DNA of 42,150 nucleotides, taken from Octopus bimaculoides (taxonomy: Eukaryota). Numbering within the stretch: position 1 is the first letter of the stretch; each line of letters begins with the position of its first letter. Shown in pieces: positions 25,426 through 36,929 of the stretch. Under the pieces are notes generated by a model, which was not told where the DNA came from, searched no databases, and worked only from the letters and a program-made list of their open reading frames with translations. The position numbers and the translations under genes were made by a program. The DNA lies in contig NC_068982.1 in assembly GCF_001194135.2 (NCBI RefSeq), positions 89,459,379-89,501,528 on the forward strand, given 5' to 3'.

Positions 25426-26332
25426 CAAAGTGCATTCAAAATGTATCTGACTTTTCCTGCTAAAACTAATACTGTGTGGGTAAAATCCTTTGGGTTGAAG
25501 GTGACACCACCCTTCCTGCCCATGTGTAAAAATTTTCATTCTACTAGGTGGCATCAGTTCCTGGATGTTATGCCTCGAGTACAGACATGTAGTGTGTGCG
25601 CATTGGATTTTTGTTTTCTCAAATGAATTGAACAGCGATTTTGCATCAAGCTTTGCCAAAAGCTCGGTGATACTCAAGCTCTAACCATCCAGAAGATTGA
25701 GCAGACATTTGGTAATGATGCCATGGGAAAAACTCAGATCAAACAGTGGTACAATTGCTTCAAACATGGCTGCAGCTTAGTGGAGAGCAAGGCACACTCA
25801 AGCAGGCCACCCACAAGCTGAAATGTGGAGCTAATTGAGAAGGTTTGGTGAATAGCCATGAAAGACTGTCATGTAATAATCCAAGTAACTGCTCACAAGG
25901 TGGGAATTGGCACACAATCAGTGAATTCCATTTGAACAGATGATTTGTACATGCTGTGAGTGTTGGCAATATTTGTCCCCAAGGTGCTGATGGAACAGCA
26001 GAAGAAACTGTGCAGAGAAATTGCTCAGGACATGCAGGACATGCAGAGAAATTGCTCAGACTTCATTAAGACCATCATCACTGCTGATGAGACATGGGTT
26101 TATGGTCTCTACTTGATGAATTTGGTCATCTTGCATAAAGATGAAAATCCATTTAGGGCCATCTATGTCTGTACTCTACGCATAACAGTTGAGAACTGAT
26201 GTGGCCTACTGGTGTGAAAATTTTCAAGTATGCACAAGAAAGATGGCAAACCTCCCACCCAAAGGATTTTGCCCATGTGGCATTAGTTTTGGTGGGAAAA
26301 AATGAAGCTGGATACTTCTTGAATGCACTTTG
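25426..26332 (+). mobile_element. Internally deleted mariner element with TA TSD and ~185-bp inverted arms
   Basis: TA|CAAAGTGCATTCAA...TTGAATGCACTTTG|TA. Transposase relic EQRFCIKLCQKLG...QWYNCFKHG...SSRP...FVPKVL...KTIITADETWVYG (HTH plus first catalytic Asp), with stops; the rest is deleted. 18-bp internal direct repeat at 26011-26028 / 26042-26059. Confidence 0.92.
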
Positions 26333-26593
26333 TACATATCCTTTCGAGAAGCTTTTCTTTGACAAATTATTGTACGTAGCACATCTATATTATAATTCTG
26401 AATGTTTGCTTGTTCACACACTATGCCTTAGTTTTTTGAAAGAGGGGGATTTGGAGTGAGTGAGACTGACAGAGAGGGAGTGTGAGAGTGAGTGAAGCAG
26501 CAGATAGCTACTAAACCATGTGGTCAGTGGAAGTCAGAGGTGAAGAGAGAGAAAGAGAGAAATTAACCAATTGATAAGGGGAAGTACATGGTT

Positions 26594-26629
<36 letters not shown>

Positions 26630-28124
26630 CTTAGCAGATGAAAATTTTTAAATCATAATATATGGTGACTGGAAGTGAAATAAGTTGGCAAGATAGCCAT
26701 GTGTGTTATTTTTTTTCAGTTTGCAATGGAATTGAAACTAATAATGTAAAAAAGAAATCATTGTGTATATTCTCTATGATTGTTTACAATGTAAAATAAT
26801 TATGATAAAATATTGTGTAATAAGGAATATGCTATTATATATTGATCTTGCAGTTTCAACAGAATTAGATATTAATGAATATATGTATTGAGTATTGTAT
26901 AGGTAGTTATTGTATATTTTTCTTTCATTTATTGCACAAGCACTATAAAATTTATATGCAATAAAAATGTAAATCATCCTTTCTTTCTTAAATTTCTTAA
27001 TTTTTTTCATTCTGTGGAGATTCCATGGAGTCTACTAGTTTGTATATACATTATTATACACATTTTAAAAATATAATTCAGTTTCAAGTGTGTGTGTGTG
27101 TGTGTGTGCGTGTATGCATACATGCATGTGTTTCTGTACTGATCACTTATGTCATGCCAACTGACTTTATTATCCTTTACTGAGGTTACCCAACAAGATA
27201 GAAATGTGTCCATTGCCTTTTAGCAGTTGACTTTAAGGACAAGATCCTTCCTAACTGTATTGTCTTTATTTTCCAAAAACTGGGATTAGCGGATATTAAT
27301 GAAGTCATCTCCTTGTCTTTTATGTTTTAAATGCCTTTAGAATGGTTTTGAAAGAGAAAGGGAGCTTCTGATTGCAAGGATAATCTCAGTTAATAGAAAA
27401 TTTCCAACTCAGTATATTACTTTTATGAAACTCTTCCATTCGTGTATTAAGGATACAGAATACTTTGGTAATAGCTATATTAATACCATAATGTTTTGGA
27501 TAGTTTGACTGTAATGATGATGATTAGCAAGATGATAATGTGGATAACATTTTTTCTAAAACATATTTCTTCATTACATAAAAATATTATAAATAATATC
27601 ATGAAGAAAGAAAAAAGAATGAGAAAAAGGAAGGGAAGGGAGAAATGAAAAAATTGATGTATTATATCAACAAATGAGTATTGAACAGGCTTTCCATTAA
27701 ATAGTAACAGAATGGAATTAAATTATCAATGAAACTAATAACTGATTTCATGTCTCTCTTTCTCTTTACCTCTCTCTTTTTCAATTATAGCCAATCTCAA
27801 CATAAATTGGTAGGAAATACAAATAGACACATTACATTTCATTGTTCTGATTAGTCAGTGACCCTGTTTACAGCTCAGATATAATCCACATTGGAGAACT
27901 GCTCACATATTTGGGACAGTACATACAGCTGCAACATACATCTTCATCTTATATTACATTGAAAAGAAGATAAGGACCATTCATCTGATTGGTAATACTT
28001 TCTCACCAACATACTACAACTTCTTGCTCTGAAACATGCTCTTTCTACTTTCTACTTCTATTGCTGCTTCAGTAATCTTTCCACATATGAAGTACTTTGT
28101 TATTTAAGTGGAATAAATTATAGA

Positions 28125-28330
28125 CACAGGTATATCTCTGTGCTTAAGAATTTCACTTTGCAACCATATAGTTTTAGGTTCTGTTCAACTGTGCAGCAAC
28201 TTATGCAAGTGTCTTTTACCATTGAATTGGTTTGACCAATTCCTTGGGGTGAAATTGGTTGGCAAGAACTTTATAGAAGCCTTCGTTTCTATGTGTGTTT
28301 CTGCATGAGAGTTGTCAGTTACACTTCTAG
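28125..28330 (+). mobile_element. SINE family C (decayed)
   Basis: GGTTCTGTTCAACTG...GCAAGTGTCTTTTAC...GACCAATTCCTTG.GGTGAAATTGG matches the reverse complement of the family C copies. Confidence 0.6.
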
Positions 28331-29029
28331 CATGAGATTGTCTGAGTGAAAAAAAATGTTTACACTCCCAATGTCTCTCAAGACAGTGGAATAACTAAAA
28401 CCCTAACTTGTGAAAAAAAATCCTTTCTTGTAAAATAGGAAATTATTGACACAAAATGGGCGTCTGGTTTTTAATATACTACTTCAAATAAGTATCTATC
28501 TAACCTATGCCAGCATAGAAAAAATATATATGTAAAATGAAAACTGAAATTAGTCTGCCATGAAGAAGAGAAAGGTCTGAAATTTCAAGCAGAGGACTTG
28601 ACTATAGAGAAATATAAGATTTGTTTTGGTAGTGAAAGTTGGGATATGGGAGGAAACAAATGTGAAGAAGGCTGGAAAGAAATAATAAAGAATAAAGTTG
28701 CAAGGAGAAATGCATCTTTGTAGAACAGGCGTGCTAGGTTTATCTCTATTTTTTTATGTTGGATGGTGGTGGCATTAAGGGTTTCTACAATTTTGTGAGA
28801 GACCAGGATACACCTCTAATAGCATTTCTTAGCTGAGTTGATGTTTTATAATGTCTTAGTATTTTAACATCTTTCCTCTAATATCAATAGGTAACTGACT
28901 ATTGCACCAAATAGAAGTGAAAATTTTGCAAATTTGGCTGCCAAAATATCTCTATGAAGTGTAGCACTCACTTTGGTAGAAAGATAAAGTTTTCCCGATC
29001 CTCTCCAAATATACAATTCCTTAAAAGTT

Positions 29030-29469
29030 CATTATTTACATTTGATGGATATTTGTCTTCATCTTGCTTGTTGTTAGCACAATATTTCGGCTGATATACC
29101 TTCCAGCCTTTATCAGGTGTCTTGGGAAAATTTCAAACCTGGGTTCTCATTCCTAATGTATTTTTTGATGTTGTTATTATAATTATTATTATTATTATTC
29201 AGGTCACTGCCTGGAATCGAACTCGGAATCTTGGGGTTAGTAGCCCGTGCTCTTAACCACTACGCCATATGCCCATAATAATAATAATAACAACATTGAA
29301 AAATACCTTAGGAATGAGAACTCAGGTTCAAAATTTCCCCAAGACACCTGATGAAGGCTGGAGGGTATATCAGCTGAAACATTGTATTAACAACAAACAA
29401 GATAAGGACAAATATCCGTCAAATGTAAATAATGTACATAATTCCTCATCTCTTAAATATAGAACTGTA
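29030..29469. mobile_element. Composite non-autonomous retroelement: inverted tRNA head + (AAT)n + hammerhead-bearing body, followed by a direct copy of the body; 12-bp TSD
   Basis: TCCTTAAAAGTT at 29018-29029 and 29470-29481. Arms 29030-29180 and ~29283-29433 are reverse complements. Each arm carries CTGAT(G/A)A-AGGCTG..CAGC(C/T)-GAAA. Confidence 0.85.
29202..29274 (-). other. tRNA-derived Pol III head (not a functional tRNA)
   Basis: GGGCATATGGCGTAGTGGTTAAGAGCACGGGCTACTAACCCCAAGATTCCGAGTTCGATTCCAGGCAGTGACC has an A-box TGGCGTAGTGG and a B-box GTTCGATTCC. Acceptor and T stems are imperfect. Confidence 0.85.
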
Positions 29470-30787
29470 TCCTTAAAAGTTGTTCTCAACTTATCAGCAG
29501 TTGTACTCTTTGCAGTGGCAGAGTTTGCTTGAGATTGCCAGAGAGCAAGACTTACTTCACCTATGCTTTTAGTCTTCCTTCTGAGTTCTTGTAAAGTATG
29601 ATTAAACACTTCAAACGCAAGTCAGTGAGGCATTGTACACTCATACCTTCAGTATAGCCTGCTTTGGAATCTCTGCCTCTCCAGAAAGATCATATCTGGA
29701 ATTATGAGCAAGGTTAATTAACAACTTAAAAGCAAAATGAACAGTCCTACCATCTATGGCTAGAGTTGCAATCTAGTCCAAGTGTGACCACATTAGACTG
29801 AATAAACAAACTTTTTACTAAGATTAGATAAATAAAAACAATTTTATCAGCAACCAGGAGCATCAAGAGAAATTTCTTTGAAAGTCAAATGTCACCAGTT
29901 GTTTGATTATTGGAATTGTACATAAAAGATGTAAACATTAGATGTGGTTGTTTTGATTCGTGTTGTACTTGATATAATACATATTCTGTCAGTCTATCCT
30001 GGTCATTCTGCCAAAGCTGCCAAGGTTAAACAGAAATAACTAAAGGGACTGCTATGTAGTAGGTTGATCTGCTATAAATACCAGCCAAATGTCCTCAAGA
30101 TCATATCTTATTCCCTTAAAAATGAAGGTATACATTAGAAAAAATGTTTCTTGATATGCCAAAAAGAAGGTAGAGTATGAAAATAATTATGAGATGTGGG
30201 AGGAGCTTCATAATAGTGAATCGAAAGGGAAAGAGAGAGAGGATTAAAATGCACATATGCACAACAATTTCAGTGTTGAAAGCAGATATAGAACAATAAT
30301 GATAATGATATATAAAATGCATAAAACTTAGTGGGACCATATATATAGCTGCGTGAAAATTAGTGTTCATGCATTTGCGTATGTTTAAGGTTTATGCATT
30401 AATTTGTGTATGCATGATTTTATATAAGCATTTACATCATGAAAGAGGCATTTTAGCCATTTAAAATGTGCATAAACCGTGAAATTCATTTGACACCCAA
30501 AGAAATATAAGAATACATTTAGCAGCCTTTATGTTTTAAATGGCTTTTCTACGAAATAATTTTTTCAGTTTCACTACAGTCTCAGATCAAGACATTGTTG
30601 TGCAAGTATAACTTCAATATATATGTGTGTATGTGTTCTTTTCGTCATGGGAGATTATGTACAAATATTTTGGCAACAAATAATATTTACAACTCATATA
30701 TATATATGCACACACACACACACACACACAGGATTTATGAATATCAGACAACTAAGAGGGAGTGCTCAATACATGTTGTAGAGCCTA

Positions 30788-30927
30788 TAGTTTACTGAAA
30801 CTGATGCTTTATCTTGTGACTAAAGTTTTGTGCCACTGCAATCTTCAGGCAAGAATCTTCTCACCTGAAGATGACAGTGGTGTGAAACTCAGGTTATGAA
30901 ATAAATTTAGTTTCAATAAATCACTAA
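30788..30927. repeat. Inverted repeat (~63-bp arms, 14-nt spacer), each arm a decayed minimal hammerhead motif
   Basis: Right arm CTCAC-CTGAAGA-TGACAGTGGTGT-GAAA-CTCAGGTT-ATGAA. Left arm, minus strand: CTTGC-CTGAAGA-TTGCAGTGGCAC-AAAA-CTTTAGTC-ACAAG. Confidence 0.75.
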
Positions 30928-31034
30928 ACTATTATATATATATATATATAAATAATATACTGCTCTGTGACAGAAAATTTAATAAAAAAGTACTTTATCT
31001 GGTGAGAGATAAATATTATTTATTTAAAAGTCAC

Positions 31035-31570
31035 AATACATGTATTAAAATGCTATTAATAGTTTCATGTGTTGAGAAAATGCAAACATATTTTCCAGGT
31101 GCAAACCACATATCATAACAAACCAAAGAAATTGAATAATACAAGAAATGCGAAAAAAACTGAGAAGGCAGCATGTAGAAAATGCAGACAGCAAACAATG
31201 GAAAACACAAAATGGAAAATGAAAAGCAGAAACTAAAATGTAAAAAATTGAAAGTAAAAAGGTAAAAGAACTCTCCTCCTTAGACCTTAAATAATAAGGC
31301 TGGAAAGATATCAAGTCAGTCAGGAATAGGTCTAAGGAGAATAGCTTTTACTTTTTTATTTTTGAAGTTTTAGTACTATTTTTCATTTTCTGTTTTCTGC
31401 TTTCTGTTGTTTACTGTCTGCATTTTCTGTATGCTGCCTTCTTAGTTTTTTCGCATTTCTTGTATTATTCAATTTCTTTACTTCACTATGATATGTGGTT
31501 TGCGCTTGAAGAATATGTTTGAGTCTTCTAAACATATGAAACTATTAGTAGCGCTTTAATACATTGTATT
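31035..31570. mobile_element. Fold-back/MITE-like element, ~245-bp inverted arms and 40-bp spacer
   Basis: 31035-31287 is the reverse complement of 31328-31570 (e.g. GCAAACCACATATCATA, AAGAAATTGAATAATACAAGAAATGCGAAAAAA, CTCCTTAGACCT). No coding capacity. Confidence 0.85.
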
Positions 31571-32963
31571 GAAACCTTTATATAAATAATTATATATATA
31601 TATATATATATATAAAGTACCATAATGTCTAGACAAATAAAGAAACTCATGTACACATGTGGTGTGAGCATGAGCACTTATGTATATGCATCTACTGGAA
31701 GAATAAAAAGTTGACTGAGTTGCAACTATATACACAAGCATAAATACTTATGCATGTATAACATTACATATACATTTGTCATTTGATAAATTTGTATTTG
31801 CATACATGCCCTCACATACACCATTATTTATCATTTCTATTATATACACTCACATGAAATGTCTAAAAATTTACTCAGTTACCAAAAGCAAACATATGCA
31901 CACACTGCTCACTCTGTAATGTCACTGAACAAAAGCAGTAGAAATTATTTTGCTGTGTTGCTACTCTGTTAAATTTATTTTCAAATTTCATTAAAGGTAT
32001 GTGGGTTTAATATCATTACATATTTATATATGCACTGAGGTTGAAAAGCACAAAGAAATCATGTCTTATTGGAATCAATATATTCATTTATTGAATTATA
32101 CCTTGAATTTCATAGATTAAATTAATATTTTGGTAAAGAATTGGCAGTCATTTCTTTTTATACATGATAATTAACATTTATATAGTTTTTGCCTGGGTTG
32201 GCACTACTTTACTTTGGCTGAGTAGACTGCATGTGCCATATGCATACACTATATGCAGAGTAAACCTAAACAAGCAACCAGATTTACAGCAACATTCAAT
32301 TCATGTAATCATGCATGAAACAAATGAAACGTAGAAGTGTTCTTAAAGAAATAGAAAATAAGCTTAATGACAAGGCAGATAACTCTCCTTTCCTCAGTCT
32401 GTCTATATGACAACTAGGAGAACAGAACCTATGATTATCTAAGTTGAATTGTCGATATAATTTCTTCCAAAGCAAACAAATGTGTGACTTTTTTAACATG
32501 TTATCCTTCTCTAGCAATGGAAAAATAGTATATTACAAAATATAACTTTGGACTGATGTGTGTGTTCATATATGTATTTTGTGTTTGTGAGTATGTATGC
32601 ATACATATGTCTGTATGCGTAAGCATGTGCATTTTTAAGTGTGTTTGTCCGTGCATGAATATATTCTAACCTTCAAAAGCATGCTAATGAAAATGTATGC
32701 AAAACAAGACTATTGTGTGTGTGTGTATCTGTGTGTGTGTGCACATGTATGCATATGCCTGTGTGTGTTGGTGTGTGTGCATTGGCATGAACACAAAGCA
32801 TATCTGTTATCTATGGTAAAAAAAACATGCTTTCAAAGAAGTCCCTAGCTTTTTTTTTTATTGTCAAAAATTCTATGAGACTCATTAGGATATTTTGTAA
32901 CAATAGTAAAATTCTTAATAGCTATATACAAAGAATAAGATCAATAGTGGATATTACTAACAA

Positions 32964-32965
<2 letters not shown>

Positions 32966-32999
<34 letters not shown>
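32966..32999. repeat. Poly-T tract (~34 nt)
   Basis: Directly visible. Confidence 0.9.
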
Positions 33000-33184
33000 C
33001 CATTAAGTTAGTACATTTTGTGCCATGAATATTTCATGATTTCAACTATGTTGGAAAAGCTTATGATGAATGGTAATGTTCTACAGTTACATCTTGGTAG
33101 AGTCATTGCAACTATTAAACGGCACATGCACTGCAATGTTTAATTTATTCTCATGTTATAATAATAATAATAATAATAATAATA

Positions 33185-33387
33185 ATCCTTTCTACTGTAG
33201 GTACAAGGCCTGAAATTTGGGGCAAGGGGATAGTTGATTACATCAAGCCCGGTACTCAACTAGTACTTATATTATCGACCCTGAAAGGATGAAAGGCAAA
33301 GTTAATCCCGGTGGAATTTGAACTGAGAACATAAGGATAGATGAAAGCCACTAAGCATTTTGCCCTGTGTGCTAATGATTCTGCCAG
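33185..33387 (-). mobile_element. SINE family A with (AAT)n run at its tail end
   Basis: Reverse complement of the family A body (GAAAGGATGAAAGGCAAAG...GGAATTTGAACTGAGAAC...CTAATGATTCTGCCAG); (AAT)n at ~33158-33185. Confidence 0.85.
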
Positions 33388-33699
33388 TAGAGTTATGGAG
33401 AAAGTGATATGACATTTAGTCATGTCCTGAGTTCATTCAGATTATTATTTATCATTTAAAAAATTTTTTTAACCACTTGTCAGGAAGAAAAGGCTGTGCC
33501 CATGACCCTTTCACGGGGCTTCTGAAACTGATGGGAGGAGAGAAGACAGTATCTTCAAATTGAAGAGTTAGCCTAATGTTTGCAGCAGTGTAGAAACTGC
33601 TAAAAAGACCTAAAGTGCCAGGTAGTGGCATGAAAATAAGTAATGAATTAAGTTTACTATGGCGAAGAACCAAAACAGATACTGTATGGTATTTGATCT

Positions 33700-33862
33700 C
33701 ATGTTTTTGCATTCCGTCAATCTGCCATCTTGCATTGGTACTCTTTTACCGACCCCAAGAGGATAAAAGGTAAAATTGATCTTTGTGAGATTTGAACTCA
33801 GAGTGCAGGAAGACATACCTTGAGGCATTCTATCTGACACCCTCACAATTCTGCCAATCTGT
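33700..33862 (-). mobile_element. SINE family A (decayed)
   Basis: GACCCCAAGAGGATAAAAGG...GATTTGAACTCAGAG...CAATTCTGCCA. Confidence 0.7.
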
Positions 33863-36754
33863 CAACTATACATAATTCAAGCCAGCAATCTTGTAACATA
33901 TATTCAGGGTTCAAAGGTTATCAAGTTCAACTTTGCTTTTTGTCATTCCTGAGTTGATAAGACCAATGTAAAATATTGGGACAGATATAAGTAACTATGC
34001 TCCTTCTCCAAAAGTGTGTTACAAATTAGATGTCACAAAATATTTCACTGTACATTTAATGGAAACAATGATTCTACAAGGCTGCAAGTTATTTGAGTCC
34101 TAGCATCATATCAAACCACTCACCAAATAACTGTAATTCAAGAATTATTGTTTAAGATTTTACCAATTAGTAATAATTAAAATATGTGAATAATATAGAG
34201 AATTCTAAAGAGGAGAGAAAAAACATTCTGCAAAATAGAAAAAATAAAGAGAAATAAGTAAAAAAAAAAAATTTTAATTTAAAAATTATGCAAGAAATTG
34301 GAATAATGTAGAAATTAAATAATCAATGCAATTTACCTTACAAGAAAGAGGAATGATCCTCTTAAATTTTTTTCATTTACTTCAGATCATATTAACTACT
34401 CTAATTATTTTCAATTCTTAGAAACACATATGGTCGCTGGGGAATTCAAATGAAAAAGACATATTCCAATTTTTATTAGGATACAAGGATTGGAGGTAAA
34501 AAAAAAGGTATTGTATTCCTAAGTAAGACACTTTTTTTCTGAGTAAAATTTTAAATAATTTTAAATGAATATGAATATAGACCTTAAGCATTTGACACTA
34601 AGTCTAAATAAGCACAATAAGTTAAGTATGCTTCCAAATGATAAACAGTGTTAATCTTGGTTCTTGGATTCCTGTAAATAAAAGCAATGATTAAATAGTG
34701 AGTATAATACACAGTCACATACACAAACAGCAATCTGTTGCTGCTGATCTTTTTGAGTAAAAGTGATAATAAATTAGTGGTGGGTAATAAGACACATAGG
34801 CAATAGTTTGAGTAGTTTGCCATGGGTCTACTTTGGCTTGCCTTAGCCTGCACACAGTTAGAAATAATCACTTAGAATGTTATAAGTCCTGAGGGAAGAA
34901 TAACAGACACCTTGGAACTGTGAAGTGGCAGCTAAGAAAGCCTGAAGCAGTTTGATCATTATCCTTTGTCCACTCCTGATTTTATTAACAAACTGGTAAA
35001 AAGTATAGTAATAATATTACTTTCTAACATGGAAGTAAGGCTTCAAATTTGAAATTGAATACAGTTGAATATATCAACCCCTGTGCAATGCAACTGCTTT
35101 ATTTTATCAACTATATAAGGATATAAAGTGAAGTTGGTTGTAGCAGGATTTGAACTGAGACTGTAAAGAACTGCAACTAAGCACAACTAGGTATTTTGAC
35201 TGAGGGTTAATGATTCTATCAGTTCAACAATATTAAAAGAATTAACAATTATTGATTTTTTTTTCATGTAAAATGCAATTATTTAATTATTTGAATGAAT
35301 CCTTAACTCAATGTGCTTGTTTGTTTTTTGGTGTCAAAATCTTAAAATCAATTGTATTTGTTTTTTTTTAAAGATTCCCTCTTTGAGAATAAAATTAAGT
35401 TACATACAAACATGAAATAAAATTCTTGTTCTTTAAGGAACCACTTGCAAGAAATATTTATAACTGTCACATTAAATCAGTAAAACCTTTTATAAATAAT
35501 ATAATATGCATTTTTCATGGTTCTTTAAAAGAAAATAGTTTAAAAAGAACATTTGATTAAAATGTAACTTGTATTAAAAAGGAATTTTTTAAAAAAGTGC
35601 ATTCAAGGCATTTTGATTTAAAAAATTGTATTTCCAAATAAGAATTTAACAATATTCCACTTATTGAAAACATGTTATATTGGAAAAAAGAGTTCTGTGA
35701 AGTTATATTGAAAGATTCTTGAATACTATTACAAAATGGTTCCTCACACAAAGAGCTGAATGAATTAGAAAGTTTTTCAACTGACCTCCACAATATTTAG
35801 TCTTAAGACTTAATCCAATATCCTGCTATTCAAGGACCTATAACTGTCATTATTTCTTAAACAGTAGGGTCACAAAATTAGTGCTTATTCAATACAGAGT
35901 ACCTGATTTTCCTTGCAATGAATCATTTCAGAAATAATTAAAAACATATTGCTGTTTAATCTTGGGTTATTGCTGATCAAACTGACTTTAGATCGAAAGG
36001 CGTTCTAGCTGTGATCACCCCACCATTTGGTTTTCAGACATTGTATCTAAGATCATAATATTTCTATTAGATTGAGCAACCCCATAGAAACTTCTTTTTG
36101 TTGATATAAATAGGTATGCTGTAAGAAGCTAAAAGGAAAAAAAATCCATTGTTTCAAGTGACACTGCCTGAAATCTTAATTTTTTCTCTCTCACAGCACA
36201 CCAACACTTCTAAGAGTAAATTTTAGAGATTGATGTGTGTAGAAAGATCCATCCCACCTGTATGTGTGGTGGCAAAAGTGGAGAATGGAAATTTTTCAGG
36301 GTTAAAGGCATCTGATCCTCTAGACTAGTTGTCCCTATTTTTAAGGACTTTCTCTCTCTCTCTCTCTCTTTCCTTGTGTGTGTGTTTATATATTGATCAA
36401 AATATACACTAGGGAAAGCAGTCACCATTTTCTTTCACACTGGCCAGTCTGATGAGAGCGGTCTTTGGTATTCATTTCATTACCTAATATCTTGACTGAA
36501 ATGGATCTACAATACTGTATACTTTGATGAATATATTCACTTTATTGATATATGTATATGACTGCTACATTTTCTGGCTTACAGATTGGGTCAAATAGAG
36601 TTTATTGAGGCAGACTCTCTATATTTGGGTACTCTTCTTGTCATCAACCCTTATCTGGTTCCAAGACAGATAATATGTCCTCATGGCCAGATATACCTTT
36701 GCAGTATACTGGAAATGAATGGCATTCATTTATAACAATCACCTGATGTCAAGA

Positions 36755-36921
36755 CACATGCACATGATGAACTTCTTTCAGTTTCTGTCTACCAAATCCA
36801 CTCACAAGGCTTTGGTCAGTCTGGGGGTTATAGTGGAAGACACTCAAGGTGCCATACAGTAGGACTGAACTTGAAATCATGAGTTTGGGAAGCAGAATTT
36901 TTAAATCAGTAGCCACTTCCT
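36755..36921 (-). mobile_element. SINE family C
   Basis: CTTCTTTCAGTTTCTGTCTACCAAATCCACTCACAAGGCTTTGGTCAG...GAAGACACTCAAGGTGCC...GACTGAAC. Confidence 0.8.
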
Positions 36922-36929
36922 CACCAATA

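Larger units (their letters stand above)
28750..29720 (-). mobile_element. Very decayed CR1/L2-like RT fragment, split by the 29030-29469 insertion
   Basis: Joining across the TSD gives ...STTADKLRTTFKELYIWRGSGK...SATLHRDILAAKF, resembling STETALL..TNDLY...DSGK...AFDTV.HDILL.KL; multiple stops upstream. Confidence 0.4.

Noticed and set aside
29202-29274. Functional tRNA gene (ACT loop triplet)
   Set aside because: Acceptor and T stems are mismatched, and it sits inside a TSD-flanked repeat; it is a SINE-type head.
29555-29694. Apparent minus-strand exons (YDLSGEAEIPKQAILK; FNHTLQELRRKTKSI) with GT/AG sites
   Set aside because: The implied intron is only 38 nt and the phases conflict. The region reads better as a decayed LINE RT split by the 29030 insertion.
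32296-32517. Minus-strand ORF with a good acceptor (CCATTGCTAG|AG), in phase with the 37570 donor
   Set aside because: The peptide is unrecognisable, and the plus strand has a weak hAT-like stretch (LKEIENKL...SPFLSL); neither reading is supportable.
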